A stretch of DNA of 64,000 nucleotides from Bdellovibrionales bacterium (GCA_965203275.1 OZ241865.1:1984001-2048000); one strand, 5' to 3'; positions 1-10,974 are shown, counted from the first letter of the stretch. Made by a program: numbers and translations. The notes: generated by a model from the letters alone, not told the origin.

Positions 1-410
1 TCTGGGTTAATACGAATGCCATAGCTTACTTGAGAGTGCAGATCATTTTGAAGTCTTGTCAATTGCTCTAAAGAGTTAAAGGTCATAAAGTGAATTAATT
101 CAGATATATCATTCCATTGACTATATTGGATGCCTGGACTAACAAAATGAATAGTGTATTTGTTATTACTCAATTGCTTTGCTAATTTAGCTTCAAAGAG
201 TGAACTAGTAGAAAACCCTGTGATACATTTTGCAATTTCCTTAAGGGGTTCTATATGAGAAAATGTTTTAAGAGAGTAGATGACCTTTACTTTAGATTCC
301 TCTGCTATTTTTTTATGAAAAGATGCTTTGTTTTTAAGTTTTTCTTTATCAATAAGAAAATAGGGAGTACGAGAAGGTAAAAGGTTTTTAGATATGAGTT
401 GATGAATCAT
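1..410 (-). CDS. Carboxynorspermidine/diaminopimelate decarboxylase family PLP enzyme, partial (runs off window start)
   Basis: Manual translation from ATG at 410: MIHQLISKNLLPSRTPYFLIDKEKL...VIYSLKTFS...GFSTSSLFEAKLA...MTFNSLEQL...YGIRINP, matching fold-type III decarboxylase motifs (TP.Y, PLP lysine in SLK, SxxE, FNS, GIRINP); NspC-like. Confidence 0.8.
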   Translation of the reverse strand, partial: MIHQLISKNLLPSRTPYFLIDKEKLKNKASFHKKIAEESKVKVIYSLKTFSHIEPLKEIAKCITGFSTSSLFEAKLAKQLSNNKYTIHFVSPGIQYSQWNDISELIHFMTFNSLEQLTRLQNDLHSQVSYGIRINP

Positions 411-516
411 TTGAGACCTCCTGATGTTTAAAATAAAATCCTGCAAGAATACTCGAAGATTTTTGATGTTTGTTCAATTTTCATCATCGTTTTTATAATG
501 TATAGCCTTCCATGTC

Positions 517-667
517 AAGGCTTTATTGATAAAAATTTACAAAAATATGCTTCACGAGGAATTCTACCAAAATTTAAAAACTAAAACTTACAACCCTCTC
601 TAACGCCTATAAATAAAGTATTCTGAAAAAAGATGTCCACATTTGCAAATCAACTATCAAACTCAGG
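517..667. repeat. Dispersed repeat family C, ~150 bp, ending in CAACTATCAAACTCAGG
   Basis: Aligns along its length with 13119-13286; same terminus at 6320-6336, 48691-48707 and, inverted, at 44430 and 56898. Confidence 0.8.
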
Positions 668-694
668 CCAATGGTTTGTTTGATTGTCGATACC

Positions 695-874
695 CTATAA
701 TAAGCCATTATTGAGCTTCAATAATTCACTCTCACTTAAGGGTTCTTTAATAACTTTTGGATTTTGATTTGGCATAAGGAATTTAGCACAAGTCCTCCAT
801 AAGCCCATAGATAGAGAATCACTTGCAATAAGTAAAATAATAAAAAATAAAATAAAAATATATTTTTTTGTCAT
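695..874 (-). pseudogene. Short ORF or remnant carrying the leader peptide of the secreted ankyrin-protein family
   Basis: MTKKYIFILFFIILLIASDSLSMGLWRTCAKFLMP resembles MKRYVFILFIALLVSSDSLWACAESLMP of 39657..40721; similar upstream GAAGGTRCAAATG; ends after 59 aa next to repeat C. Confidence 0.55.
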
Positions 875-937
875 TTGCACCTTCTGTTGCCTGACTGCCG
901 GCTTGCCGGATCCCAAGAAATAAAGTAATATGGAAAT

Positions 938-1579
938 ATGAAAAATCGTTGGGCAATGTACTGCATTTTTATCTCCTGTATATGTAACCACTGGACAGAG
1001 GTCTACCCTAACCCTGCTAGCGATGAGGCCACTTACTTACCATCATTGCAATCAAAACATAAACCTCCTATCGGCAAAAAAGTTGCTGACACTTATATCA
1101 ATGCCACACAGCAATATGAAAAAAATATCTTTATAGGTATGTATTTGAGTTCCTTTATTTCCTCTGCCTCTACAAAAAATAACTCTTTGTTCTCTTCTCA
1201 AGAGGATGGCTTCTCATTTGGCTTGACTTACTTACATAAGCTTTTATCTTCACCCCATTTATTTATGCGAGGACATTTATTCTTAGATAAATTTCAAAAT
1301 AAAGATTTTACTGTATCTTTTTTGCCGTCTTTTTTGTGGAGTGGGTATCCTATCCCCATTTATATAGGGATTGGTCTTCCAGGATTAGAATTTCTCTCTC
1401 ATAAAAGCCAAAATCAAAACTTTGCTATCAATTGGCAAATTTTAGCAGGAATACATTTTTTAAAGATGACGAGTTTTTTGAATGTGTTTTTAGAAATGAG
1501 ATGGAAAAATCCCTTTGATATTTTAAGTCCCCCTACAAGCTCTTTATATCTCTTTGTAGGTATTTCATTTCTTTTTTAA
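938..1579 (+). CDS. Hypothetical exported protein, possibly an outer-membrane beta-barrel
   Basis: 213 aa ORF, N-terminal hydrophobic stretch, alternating aromatic strands, C-terminal Phe. Confidence 0.55.
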   Translation: MKNRWAMYCIFISCICNHWTEVYPNPASDEATYLPSLQSKHKPPIGKKVADTYINATQQYEKNIFIGMYLSSFISSASTKNNSLFSSQEDGFSFGLTYLHKLLSSPHLFMRGHLFLDKFQNKDFTVSFLPSFLWSGYPIPIYIGIGLPGLEFLSHKSQNQNFAINWQILAGIHFLKMTSFLNVFLEMRWKNPFDILSPPTSSLYLFVGISFLF

Positions 1580-1676
1580 CTTCACTAATCTGCACTAATC
1601 TGCACTTAACCGCACTGAACTTCACCGATTGATGACAACTTGCTTTTACAAAATAATTTAGAATAACTATCACTAC

Positions 1677-2747
1677 TTAAGCTTTAAGTCCTTTTTTCTT
1701 CATTTTCTCAACAAGGGTTGTGCGATTGATATTAAGCAATAAAGCAGCTTGATTGCGATTCCAGCCTGTTTTTTCCAATGCTTTTAAAATCAAACTATTT
1801 TCATATTCGTTCATCACAGAATTAAGATCAATTCCTTGAGATAAATCATAAACATGAGGAGGTATATTTTTTTTAGTAGGATATGTTCCTTGATACTGTG
1901 CTGGTAAGTCGTTTACTTCAATGATCCCACCGCCATCTTTTAATAAAACTAATCTTTCTATGAGATTTTCTAACTCTCTGACATTACCTGGCCAAGAATG
2001 CCAATAAAGTAACTGCATAGCTTCTTTACTGACATCTTCTATTTTGTTCTGTTTGGATTGATTAAATTTTTCTATAAAATGATAAATCAAACAGGGAATA
2101 TCATATCGTCTTTCTTTTAGGGCAGGTATATGTACAGGGATTACGTGCAATCGATAAAAAAGATCTTCTCTAAAGCGACCTTCAGCTACAGCCTTTTCTA
2201 AATTTCTATTAGTGGCAGTGATAATCCTCACATCCACCTGCATTGTTTTATCAGATCCAACAGGTTCAAATGCTTTCTCTTGAAGAACGCGCAGTAATTT
2301 AACTTGAAGATGGCAACTCATATCTCCTATTTCGTCTAAGAAAATACTACCTCCATGAGCCATTTCAAATCGCCCTTTGCGATTTGTAATAGCACCTGTA
2401 AAAGCTCCTTTGACATGACCAAAGAGTTCGCTTTCTAGCACATCACTAGGGATAGCCCCGCAATTGACACATACCAAGGGCTTGTTTGACCGAGCTGAAA
2501 GATAATGAATTCTACGAGCTACAAGCTCTTTGCCTGTTCCAGTTTGACCTGTAATCAAAATGGTAGAATTGACAGAAGCAACACGCTCAATAAGTTTTAA
2601 AACTTGTTTGATTTCTTTGCTCTGTCCAATAATATGATTTTGAAGAATAGAGGATGTATTCTGATGAGATGGCAGTAACGAAGATAGAGAAGGGGTCGTA
2701 GCTAATGTTTTTTCACAATAAGATGTTTCTTTTTTTATTGATTGCAT
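1677..2747 (-). CDS. Sigma54-dependent transcriptional activator (AAA+ plus Fis HTH), no receiver domain
   Basis: GQTGTGKE Walker A, ESELFGH, GAFTGA, FLDEIG, WPGNVREL, C-terminal NRNQAALLLNINRTTL HTH. Confidence 0.95.
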   Translation of the reverse strand: MQSIKKETSYCEKTLATTPSLSSLLPSHQNTSSILQNHIIGQSKEIKQVLKLIERVASVNSTILITGQTGTGKELVARRIHYLSARSNKPLVCVNCGAIPSDVLESELFGHVKGAFTGAITNRKGRFEMAHGGSIFLDEIGDMSCHLQVKLLRVLQEKAFEPVGSDKTMQVDVRIITATNRNLEKAVAEGRFREDLFYRLHVIPVHIPALKERRYDIPCLIYHFIEKFNQSKQNKIEDVSKEAMQLLYWHSWPGNVRELENLIERLVLLKDGGGIIEVNDLPAQYQGTYPTKKNIPPHVYDLSQGIDLNSVMNEYENSLILKALEKTGWNRNQAALLLNINRTTLVEKMKKKGLKA

Positions 2748-2862
2748 TTTTAATGATCACACCTTCTTATTCTGTTTTTTGATCCTGTACTTATAAACAG
2801 AGTAAAGGGTTATAGCCTTTTTTGTCAATTTGGATGCAGGTTTTATTTTAAGATTTAGACTT

Positions 2863-4743
2863 CTATTTAGGGCTTTTAGGTTCTTTAGTAAAGGGGATGA
2901 CTAGCTTCGCCTGGGCTTTTTCCCCATTGTATGGAATTAAAATAAGCTCTCCGTTAAGTGAGGCTATAAGACGAGAAATAGCGTGCTGATCAGTGTTTGA
3001 AAGGATAGAAGCTTTTTTATTCAAAAAAACACTGGCTATAATTTGATAAACTGTTGCTTCTTGAACAAGTAAAATAAGGATTTGATGGTCTTTATGTCGA
3101 GTGACTTTTGTCTTTAAACTGACATGCATCTTCATCTCAGCGTCTTTTATAGCTGTTTCTGCTATTGCATTGAGAAACTTTGTTAAAACTTGCTTGATCA
3201 CTTCTGGTTGTAAGTAAAGCTGATGATTTTCACCTTGACTGATCATTGAAATATGAACACCACGTGATTTTGTTTTTAATTCTGTTAAATGTATTAGCTC
3301 TTGAGTTAGGTCTTTGATATTGATAGATATGTTTTGAACTACAGGAGCCATGCGAGAAAAGTTTAATAAATTCTGAATAATTTTTCGGCAATTTTCTGCT
3401 GCCTCTTGCATTTGTAAAATATCATTTTTGTATTGGCTCTTTGAAGGGAGCTGTTCTAAAACGATTTGCAAAAGCGTGATGACTCCAGATAAAGGATTGT
3501 TAAGTTCATGGGCAATGCTACTGCCAATAAGGCCCAGCTCTGAAGCTTGTGCCTTTACTAAGATTTGCTTTTCTAAAAAGATTTCTTCTGTGATATCTTT
3601 ATAAATATTAACATAAGATAAAGGTGTATTTGAAAATTTACGACTTAAAACTTCGATATGTTTTTGAGATTGTGAAATTTGAAAATGTCCTCCTTGCTTA
3701 TTTTGTTTCATTTGACAGTTACGACAAGGCTTTTTGCGATTGAATAAAATTTGAAAGCATTTTTTCTTCTCTTTATCTACATCAAGAACTTTTTTATTAA
3801 ACTGCAAAACATTAAAATCATCATCTATAATAGCAATGGGATAAACGATAGAATGAAAAGTACTTTCCCATTGTTTTTTAAGGTTTTCTGTTTTTTGTCT
3901 TATAAGTATTTTATTGATGGTTAAAGTGACAGCTTCACTGATTTGTCTTAAAAGCTTTTTTTCTGGTAAAGTAAACTTCCCTTCCTGTCTGTCATATAAA
4001 ATATGACCTGATAAATTAGGTTCTAATTCTAGTTCTAGTTTAAAAATATATTGATCTTTATAAAGCTTAGTTTGAGTAAGAGCTTTTGAATTGAATATAA
4101 TACGTGTTTGACGTATAAAATAAGATAATACTTGTGTGATATTTCTTTCTATATCTTCAAGAGATTCAGCTACCTGTACTTGTATAATAGTTTTAAGTAA
4201 AATATTAAGTTGTTTGCTACTTTCTAAGGCTCTTTGTTTAGCTTGCTCTAGGGATATTTGTCTTGTTGTGATGCGTTCTTGAAGTGTTTTTTTTAAGGAT
4301 TGGAGTTTGCTATTTTGTTCTCTGTGTAGATCGACTAGTTCTTCATTTTGTTGAAGTCTATAAAATTCTTCTCTAGACTCTATAATTAATATTTCTAATT
4401 CAGAAACTTTCCATGATTGCAAAATTTTAAAAATTTTAAATTGATTGATTAAATGTAAGAGTTGCTTGGAGTTAAGGGAAGATGCAGAAATGATTTTTTG
4501 TGTATGAGGAGATTGTGTTTCTATATTATTAAGTAATGTTTGTAGCTCTGAAAAATCAAAAAGATCTGTATCAATAATAATTGTTTCAAATGAATTAAAA
4601 GTAAATGGGAAAATTTGCTTTAAGTTAGATGTGACCCTTGCACCTATGGAGAGATCAGATGCTTTCGTATCAGTTATAATAAGAACACTGGATTGCAAAT
4701 CAATCATAGTTTTTTCATTGTTTGGTTTGTTTGGTTTGTTCAA
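2863..4743 (-). CDS. Sensor histidine kinase-like protein with degenerate ATPase domain
   Basis: IAHELNNPL H-box, WESTF...PAS-like region with PCRNC; upstream of the sigma54 activator. Confidence 0.8.
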   Translation of the reverse strand: MNKPNKPNNEKTMIDLQSSVLIITDTKASDLSIGARVTSNLKQIFPFTFNSFETIIIDTDLFDFSELQTLLNNIETQSPHTQKIISASSLNSKQLLHLINQFKIFKILQSWKVSELEILIIESREEFYRLQQNEELVDLHREQNSKLQSLKKTLQERITTRQISLEQAKQRALESSKQLNILLKTIIQVQVAESLEDIERNITQVLSYFIRQTRIIFNSKALTQTKLYKDQYIFKLELELEPNLSGHILYDRQEGKFTLPEKKLLRQISEAVTLTINKILIRQKTENLKKQWESTFHSIVYPIAIIDDDFNVLQFNKKVLDVDKEKKKCFQILFNRKKPCRNCQMKQNKQGGHFQISQSQKHIEVLSRKFSNTPLSYVNIYKDITEEIFLEKQILVKAQASELGLIGSSIAHELNNPLSGVITLLQIVLEQLPSKSQYKNDILQMQEAAENCRKIIQNLLNFSRMAPVVQNISINIKDLTQELIHLTELKTKSRGVHISMISQGENHQLYLQPEVIKQVLTKFLNAIAETAIKDAEMKMHVSLKTKVTRHKDHQILILLVQEATVYQIIASVFLNKKASILSNTDQHAISRLIASLNGELILIPYNGEKAQAKLVIPFTKEPKSPK

Positions 4744-5264
4744 GTCTTCATCTCCATTTTTATTTTCATTTCCATCTTCATCTTCATCTTCATAAAATAA
4801 AATATTATAAGGACTTTCTAAATTTTGACTTATGTCTATGAAGGTCTATGAATTCAAAACTTTTAATGAGTTATTTTATTATGTAAAGAGATATTGTATT
4901 GTCAGTTTTTCTGATTTTAGTGTCATTTTGTGTTAGATGTTGAGTTTTGCTAAAAATCAAGAAGATACCTTTATTAAGAGCATTAAAATCAAAAATATTG
5001 TTATTAGAGAAATGGCTTTTACTTTCCTTAGATTGTTTTTTAGTTTAAGTCTTTCAAAAAGTATTATGCAGTGTTGTGCTATAATAAGTCTTAAATAATT
5101 TTTAGTCAATAGGGGCCTTGACAAATAAAACTTGATGTTGACTTTGGTGGTTGATCATATTAACATAAGAGATAAACTATATTTAAGTTTTAATGAGCTT
5201 TGATGAGTTTTGAGTAGATAGGACTTCTATATTTTTAATTAAGATATTAAAAATGAGTATCTAA

Positions 5265-5340
<76 letters not shown>

Positions 5341-5489
5341 TACATTAGTCAGTAAAATCCTCATATATTTAGAGGGTTTTCTTTTTATTCATGCTATTAT
5401 TATATATAAGTAGGATGTGTTTTGAGGTTTTAATTTGAAGTTTTAATTAATTTGAGGTTTTAAACAGTAGATTAAAAAAGGAGAGATAT

Positions 5490-6134
5490 ATGAAACATTA
5501 TTTAAAGCTATTTTCTTTATTTGCATTGGTCATAGCTTTTTCTAGTGGATGTACCTCTATGCATGGAAAGGATGAAAAGAAAGTGATCACCAGTGAGGAT
5601 GATAGAGCAAATAATCAAAAGCAAAGGCATACAGCATCGAAGGATGATGACTTTTTTGATATTAGACCAAAAGACACGTTTCGAGGGTATGAATATGACC
5701 ATTCTGGTATTAGCCGTAAGTGTGACTCTCGTGATGAGGAACGTTTCACACGTCGTATGCAACAGAACAATAGAGGGGGATATTATTTGTATCGATGCTT
5801 AAGTCGTGTTTATGGTACACTTGAGTTATATGGAAGCGATCCGTATAATGTGTATAAACCTGGTAGCATTAGAAGTGGATTTGCTGGACTGAGGATAGAT
5901 GCAGCACTCTCACATATATATCAAGAGTATTATCAAGAGATACGTGAAGGTTGCTTAACTCCCCTTGAACATGCTATCTCCATTCTTGAAGATAGTAAAA
6001 AGCACCCTGACAATTCCGATCATCAAGACTTGATCACTTGGAAGATTAGACTGATCCAAAATGTAATAGATAGAGTCAAAGTCTGGCGAGAAGAACATCC
6101 ACAGATACACAATAGTGTTCGTCTCAATGATTAG
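5490..6134 (+). CDS. Hypothetical lipoprotein
   Basis: GGAG RBS; MKHYLKLFSLFALVIAFSSGC lipobox. Confidence 0.75.
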   Translation: MKHYLKLFSLFALVIAFSSGCTSMHGKDEKKVITSEDDRANNQKQRHTASKDDDFFDIRPKDTFRGYEYDHSGISRKCDSRDEERFTRRMQQNNRGGYYLYRCLSRVYGTLELYGSDPYNVYKPGSIRSGFAGLRIDAALSHIYQEYYQEIREGCLTPLEHAISILEDSKKHPDNSDHQDLITWKIRLIQNVIDRVKVWREEHPQIHNSVRLND

Positions 6135-6171
6135 ATACTTGTGGGCAGTAATTTGTGGCGATATGCTTTAC

Positions 6172-6336
6172 AGAAAATTTTGGTGATGCTTTTCCAGTGA
6201 ATGTAAGTTTTATAGAGATCTTTTCATTCCATAGTTTTTGAGGTTAAAAAGCCCACATCCTAGTGGCACAAAATCTCTTTCGACTCATAACCCACTGATT
6301 TTACTCAACTTTATTTTTTCAACTGTCAAACTCAGG
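6172..6336. repeat. Dispersed repeat family C copy; left flank of the CRISPR-Cas locus
   Basis: 6172-6259 nearly identical to 11568-11656; 6257-6336 matches reverse complement of 44430-44508; part matches reverse complement of 56741-56790. Confidence 0.85.
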
Positions 6337-6351
6337 ATCTATCAAATCCAT

Positions 6352-6440
6352 GAATAAAAAACATCCAAGCCGTAGCTTGGATGTTCATTTGATGGCCCAA
6401 AGGGCCTTGTTACCGATTGACCCTCAAATCCTGATAAGAA
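6352..6440 (-). ncRNA. tracrRNA
   Basis: 6409-6436 GTTACCGATTGACCCTCAAATCCTGATA is a near copy of the crRNA-sense repeat, so the minus strand is the anti-repeat, followed by AACAAGGC nexus-like sequence, a GGCCC/GGGCC hairpin and an AACATCCAAGC/GCTTGGATGTT terminator with U-tract; ends approximate. Confidence 0.88.
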
Positions 6441-6551
6441 AAAAGAGACAATTTTTAATTGACTTTAAGTGATCATAGAGTGTACTTATCTTAACTTTGA
6501 GTTTCAACAAAATTCTAATTTTATGACGCACTGATGTATACAGGAGTAGTT

Positions 6552-9500
6552 ATGAAATACCGAATAGGCCTAGATTTAGGAACAAATTCCATTGGATGGG
6601 CTATTTTATCCTTAGATTCTAAGGGTCAACCTACAGGGATTGTAGACCTTGGCAGTCGTATTTTCCATGACGGCCGTGATCCTAAGAGTGGTGAATCTTC
6701 TGCTGTACAAAGACGTTTAGCACGGCAAGCTAGAAGGAATAGAAACCGCAAATTACAAAGACAAAAGAAACTTCTGGCTATCTTGATAAAGAACGGCTTT
6801 TTTCCAAAAAATTCTCAAAAGTGTGAGGAATTAAAAAATTTAGATGTTTATGCTTTAAGAGTGGTTGCTTTAGATAGAGAGGTTAAAGCTTATGAACTTG
6901 GACGTATATTCTATCATTTAGCTCAAAGGAGAGGGTTTAAATCTGGACGTAAATATCAGGAAGATGAAAGTCAAAAACAAGAAAATAAAAAGCTCCTTCC
7001 GCTTCTTGAAGATTTGGAAAAACGTATAAGGGAGGAAAAATCAAGAACTTTTGGTGAATATTTACTCAAAAAAGCTAATTCAAAGGAAACAAAACGTAAT
7101 AAACCTTGCCTAGAAGAATCTCTGCACCCTACTCGCAAAATGATTGAAGATGAATTTAATCACATCATCACAACACAAAAACAACATCATAAAAATCTCA
7201 CTGACAAGCTTATTGAAAAAATACGATCAAGTATTTTTCATCAACGGCCTCTCAAGTCAACAGAAGAACTCATTGGTCCTTGTGAAATGTATACTGATAC
7301 TGAAAAAAGAGGAGCAAATTATCTGCCTAGCATTCAAGAGTTTAAAATCTTACAAACAATTGGACAATTAAAGCTTATTCAAGATGGTCGAACAATTGAG
7401 CTTAAGCTCGATCAGAAAAAACGCATTTATAATGAGCTTCACAAAGTATCTAAAAAAACATTCAAAGATTTACGTATTAAAATTTTACAATTGGATTCAG
7501 ATGTTGAATTTAACTTAGAAAGTGAAATAAGAAAAGACTTAAAAGGTCATGCTATTAATGCCAAATTTAAAGGTAAAGATTATTTTGGAAAGGATTGGTT
7601 GAGTTTATCTTTAGAAGAACAAGATAAAATTGTTTTGGATATAGTTCAAGCTGAAGACAAAGACATGTTGAGAAAAAAATCTAAAGACTGGAGTTTAAAG
7701 CCACAAGAGAAGATTTTTGATGATCATTTATTGGAAAAACTTCCAAAAGGCTATAGTACTTTTTCACAAAAAGCAGCTCAAGAGCTTTGTAAAACATTTA
7801 TTGAAAATGACTTTTGTCGCTATGATGAAGCTATGGAAATCCTAGGACATAAATTAGGCAACTCATCTACTAAAGATATTAAAGATCATCTACCTTATTA
7901 TGGTGAAGTTTTAAAACGTTATGCTATCCCTCGTCCTGATAGGTTACAAAAAAATAATCAAGATAAAATAGGACGTATTTCAAATCCGACTGTGCATATT
8001 GTTCTAAACCAACTTCGGCAAATAATAAATGCTTTGATTAAACGCTATGGCAAACCAACAGAAATTGTAGTAGAGCTAGGTAGAGACTTAAAGATGAACA
8101 AAAAACAAAAAGCAAACTATGAGAAATCACAAAAAGAAAATCAAAAAGCCAATGAGGAAGCAGAAAAAGAACTTAAAAACCTTGGATTGCAATCTAATCG
8201 AGAGAATATTATCCGCTATAAACTATTGAAAGAACTAACAAATTGTATGGATGGCAATGCTCAATGCCCCTATACAGGAAAGATAATTAGTTTAACAAAA
8301 GCCTTCTCAGGGGAATTTGAAGTTGAACATATTTTGCCTTTTTCCAAAACTCTTGATGATTCTTTTGCTAATAAAATTTTAGCTTGCAGTAAAGCCAATC
8401 AGAAAAAAGGTGACAGATCTCCTTTTGAAGCCTTCGGATCTGATAAACAAATGTTTGCAAGGATAAAAAAACTTCCTGCCAATAAACGTTGGAGGTTTAA
8501 TGAAGATGCTATGAAACGCTTTGAAAATGAAAATGAGTGGTTAAGTAGACAACTCAATGATATGCGATATATGTCAAAAGTGGCCAAACAGTATTTAGAA
8601 TGCCTGGGTTCTAAAATTTCTGTTTCCAAAGGCATATATACAGGTAAGGTGCGTTATGGTTTGGGATTAAACTCTCTTTTAAGTAACAGCAATGATAATA
8701 CAAAAAATAGAGATGATCACCGCCATCATGCTTTAGATGCCATAGTGATTGCCGTATGTTCTCAATCATTTTTACAGAAATTATTAAGAGCTTCTAGAGA
8801 ATATCTAAAAAGCTTTGCAAATATTTCTGAACCTTGGAGAGGCTTTAAAACAGAATTAGATAGTAAAATTAAAAATGTTGCTGTTTCTGTTCGTCCAGAT
8901 CATTCCATTCAAAGAGCTTTTTTTGAAGAAACAGCCTACGGGATTTTAAAAGAAAAAGTCAAAGATAACAAAAAAGACAATTACTATAATGTAACAATTC
9001 GTAAACCAATTGAGAACATTGCTCTCAAAACAATATCTTCAATCAAAGACAATAATTTAAGAAACATAGCAGAAGATTTAAAAACTCAAGCTCAAGATGA
9101 TCAGGGAAAATTTTCTAACTTAATGAAAGAAGAATTTGAAAAAAGAGGTATTTATAAACTTAAAGTTTATGATAAGAAAAGCCCTATAATACCAATAGAA
9201 CACCCTCAATCAACAAAGAAGTTTTTAAAAGGTTATGTCAGTTCTGAAATACATCATTTAAGTGTTTGGGAGTATCCTAATGGAGAATGGCAGTTTTTTG
9301 GAGTAAGTGTTTTTGATGTGAATAAACATAAGACTAAAGAAAACAAAACTGATGAGAAAGCACTCACTCACTTTTTAAGAACAAAATACAATGAGGATCG
9401 CAAAAAATGCCTTCATCCAGCAGCTCGTCATATTATGAAACTTTACAAAAGAGATACTGTTCTTACTTTTAATGATCATGCAAAAAAGAAAATATGGATT

Positions 9501-9677
9501 GTTGAAAGTCTTAAACCGAGTAGTAAACAGATTATTTTAAGAAGTATAAATTTAAGTGAGAAAAAGAGCAAAACTAAACCACATTATTTTTGTTTATCAT
9601 TTTCTCGCTTTAAAGAACATAATCTTCAAAAAGTTAAATCCAATATACTTGGCTATAAGCTTGATCTGCTCCAATGA
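6552..9677 (+). CDS. cas9: Type II-C CRISPR nuclease Cas9 (~1041 aa; upstream ATG at 6534 also possible)
   Basis: RuvC-I GLDLGTNSIGW, Arg-rich bridge helix, RuvC-II IVVELGRD, HNH EVEHILPFS...N...N, RuvC-III HHALDA; AGGAG RBS before 6552. Confidence 0.97.
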   Translation: MKYRIGLDLGTNSIGWAILSLDSKGQPTGIVDLGSRIFHDGRDPKSGESSAVQRRLARQARRNRNRKLQRQKKLLAILIKNGFFPKNSQKCEELKNLDVYALRVVALDREVKAYELGRIFYHLAQRRGFKSGRKYQEDESQKQENKKLLPLLEDLEKRIREEKSRTFGEYLLKKANSKETKRNKPCLEESLHPTRKMIEDEFNHIITTQKQHHKNLTDKLIEKIRSSIFHQRPLKSTEELIGPCEMYTDTEKRGANYLPSIQEFKILQTIGQLKLIQDGRTIELKLDQKKRIYNELHKVSKKTFKDLRIKILQLDSDVEFNLESEIRKDLKGHAINAKFKGKDYFGKDWLSLSLEEQDKIVLDIVQAEDKDMLRKKSKDWSLKPQEKIFDDHLLEKLPKGYSTFSQKAAQELCKTFIENDFCRYDEAMEILGHKLGNSSTKDIKDHLPYYGEVLKRYAIPRPDRLQKNNQDKIGRISNPTVHIVLNQLRQIINALIKRYGKPTEIVVELGRDLKMNKKQKANYEKSQKENQKANEEAEKELKNLGLQSNRENIIRYKLLKELTNCMDGNAQCPYTGKIISLTKAFSGEFEVEHILPFSKTLDDSFANKILACSKANQKKGDRSPFEAFGSDKQMFARIKKLPANKRWRFNEDAMKRFENENEWLSRQLNDMRYMSKVAKQYLECLGSKISVSKGIYTGKVRYGLGLNSLLSNSNDNTKNRDDHRHHALDAIVIAVCSQSFLQKLLRASREYLKSFANISEPWRGFKTELDSKIKNVAVSVRPDHSIQRAFFEETAYGILKEKVKDNKKDNYYNVTIRKPIENIALKTISSIKDNNLRNIAEDLKTQAQDDQGKFSNLMKEEFEKRGIYKLKVYDKKSPIIPIEHPQSTKKFLKGYVSSEIHHLSVWEYPNGEWQFFGVSVFDVNKHKTKENKTDEKALTHFLRTKYNEDRKKCLHPAARHIMKLYKRDTVLTFNDHAKKKIWIVESLKPSSKQIILRSINLSEKKSKTKPHYFCLSFSRFKEHNLQKVKSNILGYKLDLLQ

Positions 9678-10573
9678 TTGAAAAGGTAATAGAGGTTCAA
9701 TCTGCTGGTTTAAAATTGTCTTTGTATAGGGGCTTCTTAGTCATCAAGAGTCGTGATAGTGAAAGGAGATTAGCACTATCTGATATTTCTGTGCTTTTGT
9801 TTTCTGGTTATGGTCAGAGTATTTCTACAAAACTATTAGAGACTTTAATAGATCAAGGGATTATGGTTGTCTTTTGTGGGAATAATCATCAACCAAAATC
9901 TTTGCTTTTGCCGATAGCTCCTCATCATCAATCTCATCAAAGATTATTATTTCAAATAAATCAAACATTGCCTTTTAAGAAAAGTGTATGGCAAAATATT
10001 GTAAAGGCAAAGATTAAATTTCAAGCAGAAGTTTTATATTATTTTAATCAGAATGATGAAGGATTGAAAAAGCTTTCTGAAATGGTCCGATCAGGTGATC
10101 CAGAAAATCTTGAAGCTCAAGCTGCTGGACGTTATTGGAAAAAACTTTTCAAAGACAATTTTAAAAGAGGTGATGAGGCAGATATAAGAAATGGAGTTTT
10201 AAACTATGGTTATGCTATTTTAAGAGCTTGTGTAGCACGTTGGATATGTTCTTTAGGTCTTAACCCGACTCTTGGAGTTCATCATTCTAATTTGCAAAAC
10301 ACTTATTGTTTGGTTGATGATTTTATGGAGCCGTTTAGACCTGCTATTGACCTCTATGTGAAAAAGACATCTAAAACAAATAATTATGAAAATTTGACAC
10401 CCATGATTAAAAAAGAACTTATAGGAATATTAAATCGACGTATTCAATATGGAGGCGAGTTAAGAACCATAAGCGATGCCATAGCTTGTCTTATACATTC
10501 TTATATTCGCTCTATTGAAGACAAAAAAGTGAAATTGGAATTTCCAAACTCTTTATTGGTTATAGCTAATTAA
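9674..10573 (+). CDS. cas1: CRISPR-associated integrase Cas1
   Basis: SGDPENLEAQAA, NGVLNYGYAILR, LVDDFMEPFRP motifs; overlaps cas9 stop. Confidence 0.97.
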   Translation: MIEKVIEVQSAGLKLSLYRGFLVIKSRDSERRLALSDISVLLFSGYGQSISTKLLETLIDQGIMVVFCGNNHQPKSLLLPIAPHHQSHQRLLFQINQTLPFKKSVWQNIVKAKIKFQAEVLYYFNQNDEGLKKLSEMVRSGDPENLEAQAAGRYWKKLFKDNFKRGDEADIRNGVLNYGYAILRACVARWICSLGLNPTLGVHHSNLQNTYCLVDDFMEPFRPAIDLYVKKTSKTNNYENLTPMIKKELIGILNRRIQYGGELRTISDAIACLIHSYIRSIEDKKVKLEFPNSLLVIAN

Positions 10574-10591
10574 ATTGAGGATAGTAAATTT

Positions 10592-10921
10592 GTGTCACTT
10601 AGTGGATATAGAATTTTGTGGCTTCAAGTGATGTTTGATCTTCCTACAAATACTAAGAAGGAAAGACAAACAGCAAGCCTTTTTAGGCATTTTCTTCTTG
10701 ATATGGGCTTTGACATGGCTCAATTTTCTGTATATCTTAGGCATTGTGCTAATCGAGATATTGCAGATAAATATATTAGGAAGATTGAAAGGCAAATGCC
10801 AGAAAAAGGTAAGGTGGCTTTATTAGTTTTTACAGATAAGCAATATGCAAATATGCGAGTTTTTTATGGAAAAAAACGTCAAAACCTATCAAAAAGACAT
10901 CTTGAATATGAGTTTTTTTAG
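10592..10921 (+). CDS. cas2: CRISPR-associated Cas2
   Basis: VMFDLP, GFDMAQFSVY, TDKQY motifs of type II Cas2. Confidence 0.95.
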   Translation: MSLSGYRILWLQVMFDLPTNTKKERQTASLFRHFLLDMGFDMAQFSVYLRHCANRDIADKYIRKIERQMPEKGKVALLVFTDKQYANMRVFYGKKRQNLSKRHLEYEFF

Positions 10922-10929
10922 CAAAAATA

Positions 10930-10974
10930 AACTAGCTTCTTGTGTACTGTTAGGTACTTACAAAGAAGCTAGTT
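10930..10974. terminator. Hairpin between cas2 and the array, probable terminator
   Basis: AACTAGCTTCT (10930-10940) / AGAAGCTAGTT (10964-10974) inverted repeat overlapping the first repeat; T-rich tail on the minus strand. Confidence 0.55.

Noticed and set aside
1579..1628. 10-bp degenerate repeats (CACTAATCTG-like)
   Set aside because: Short low-information repeat between convergent genes; no further structure
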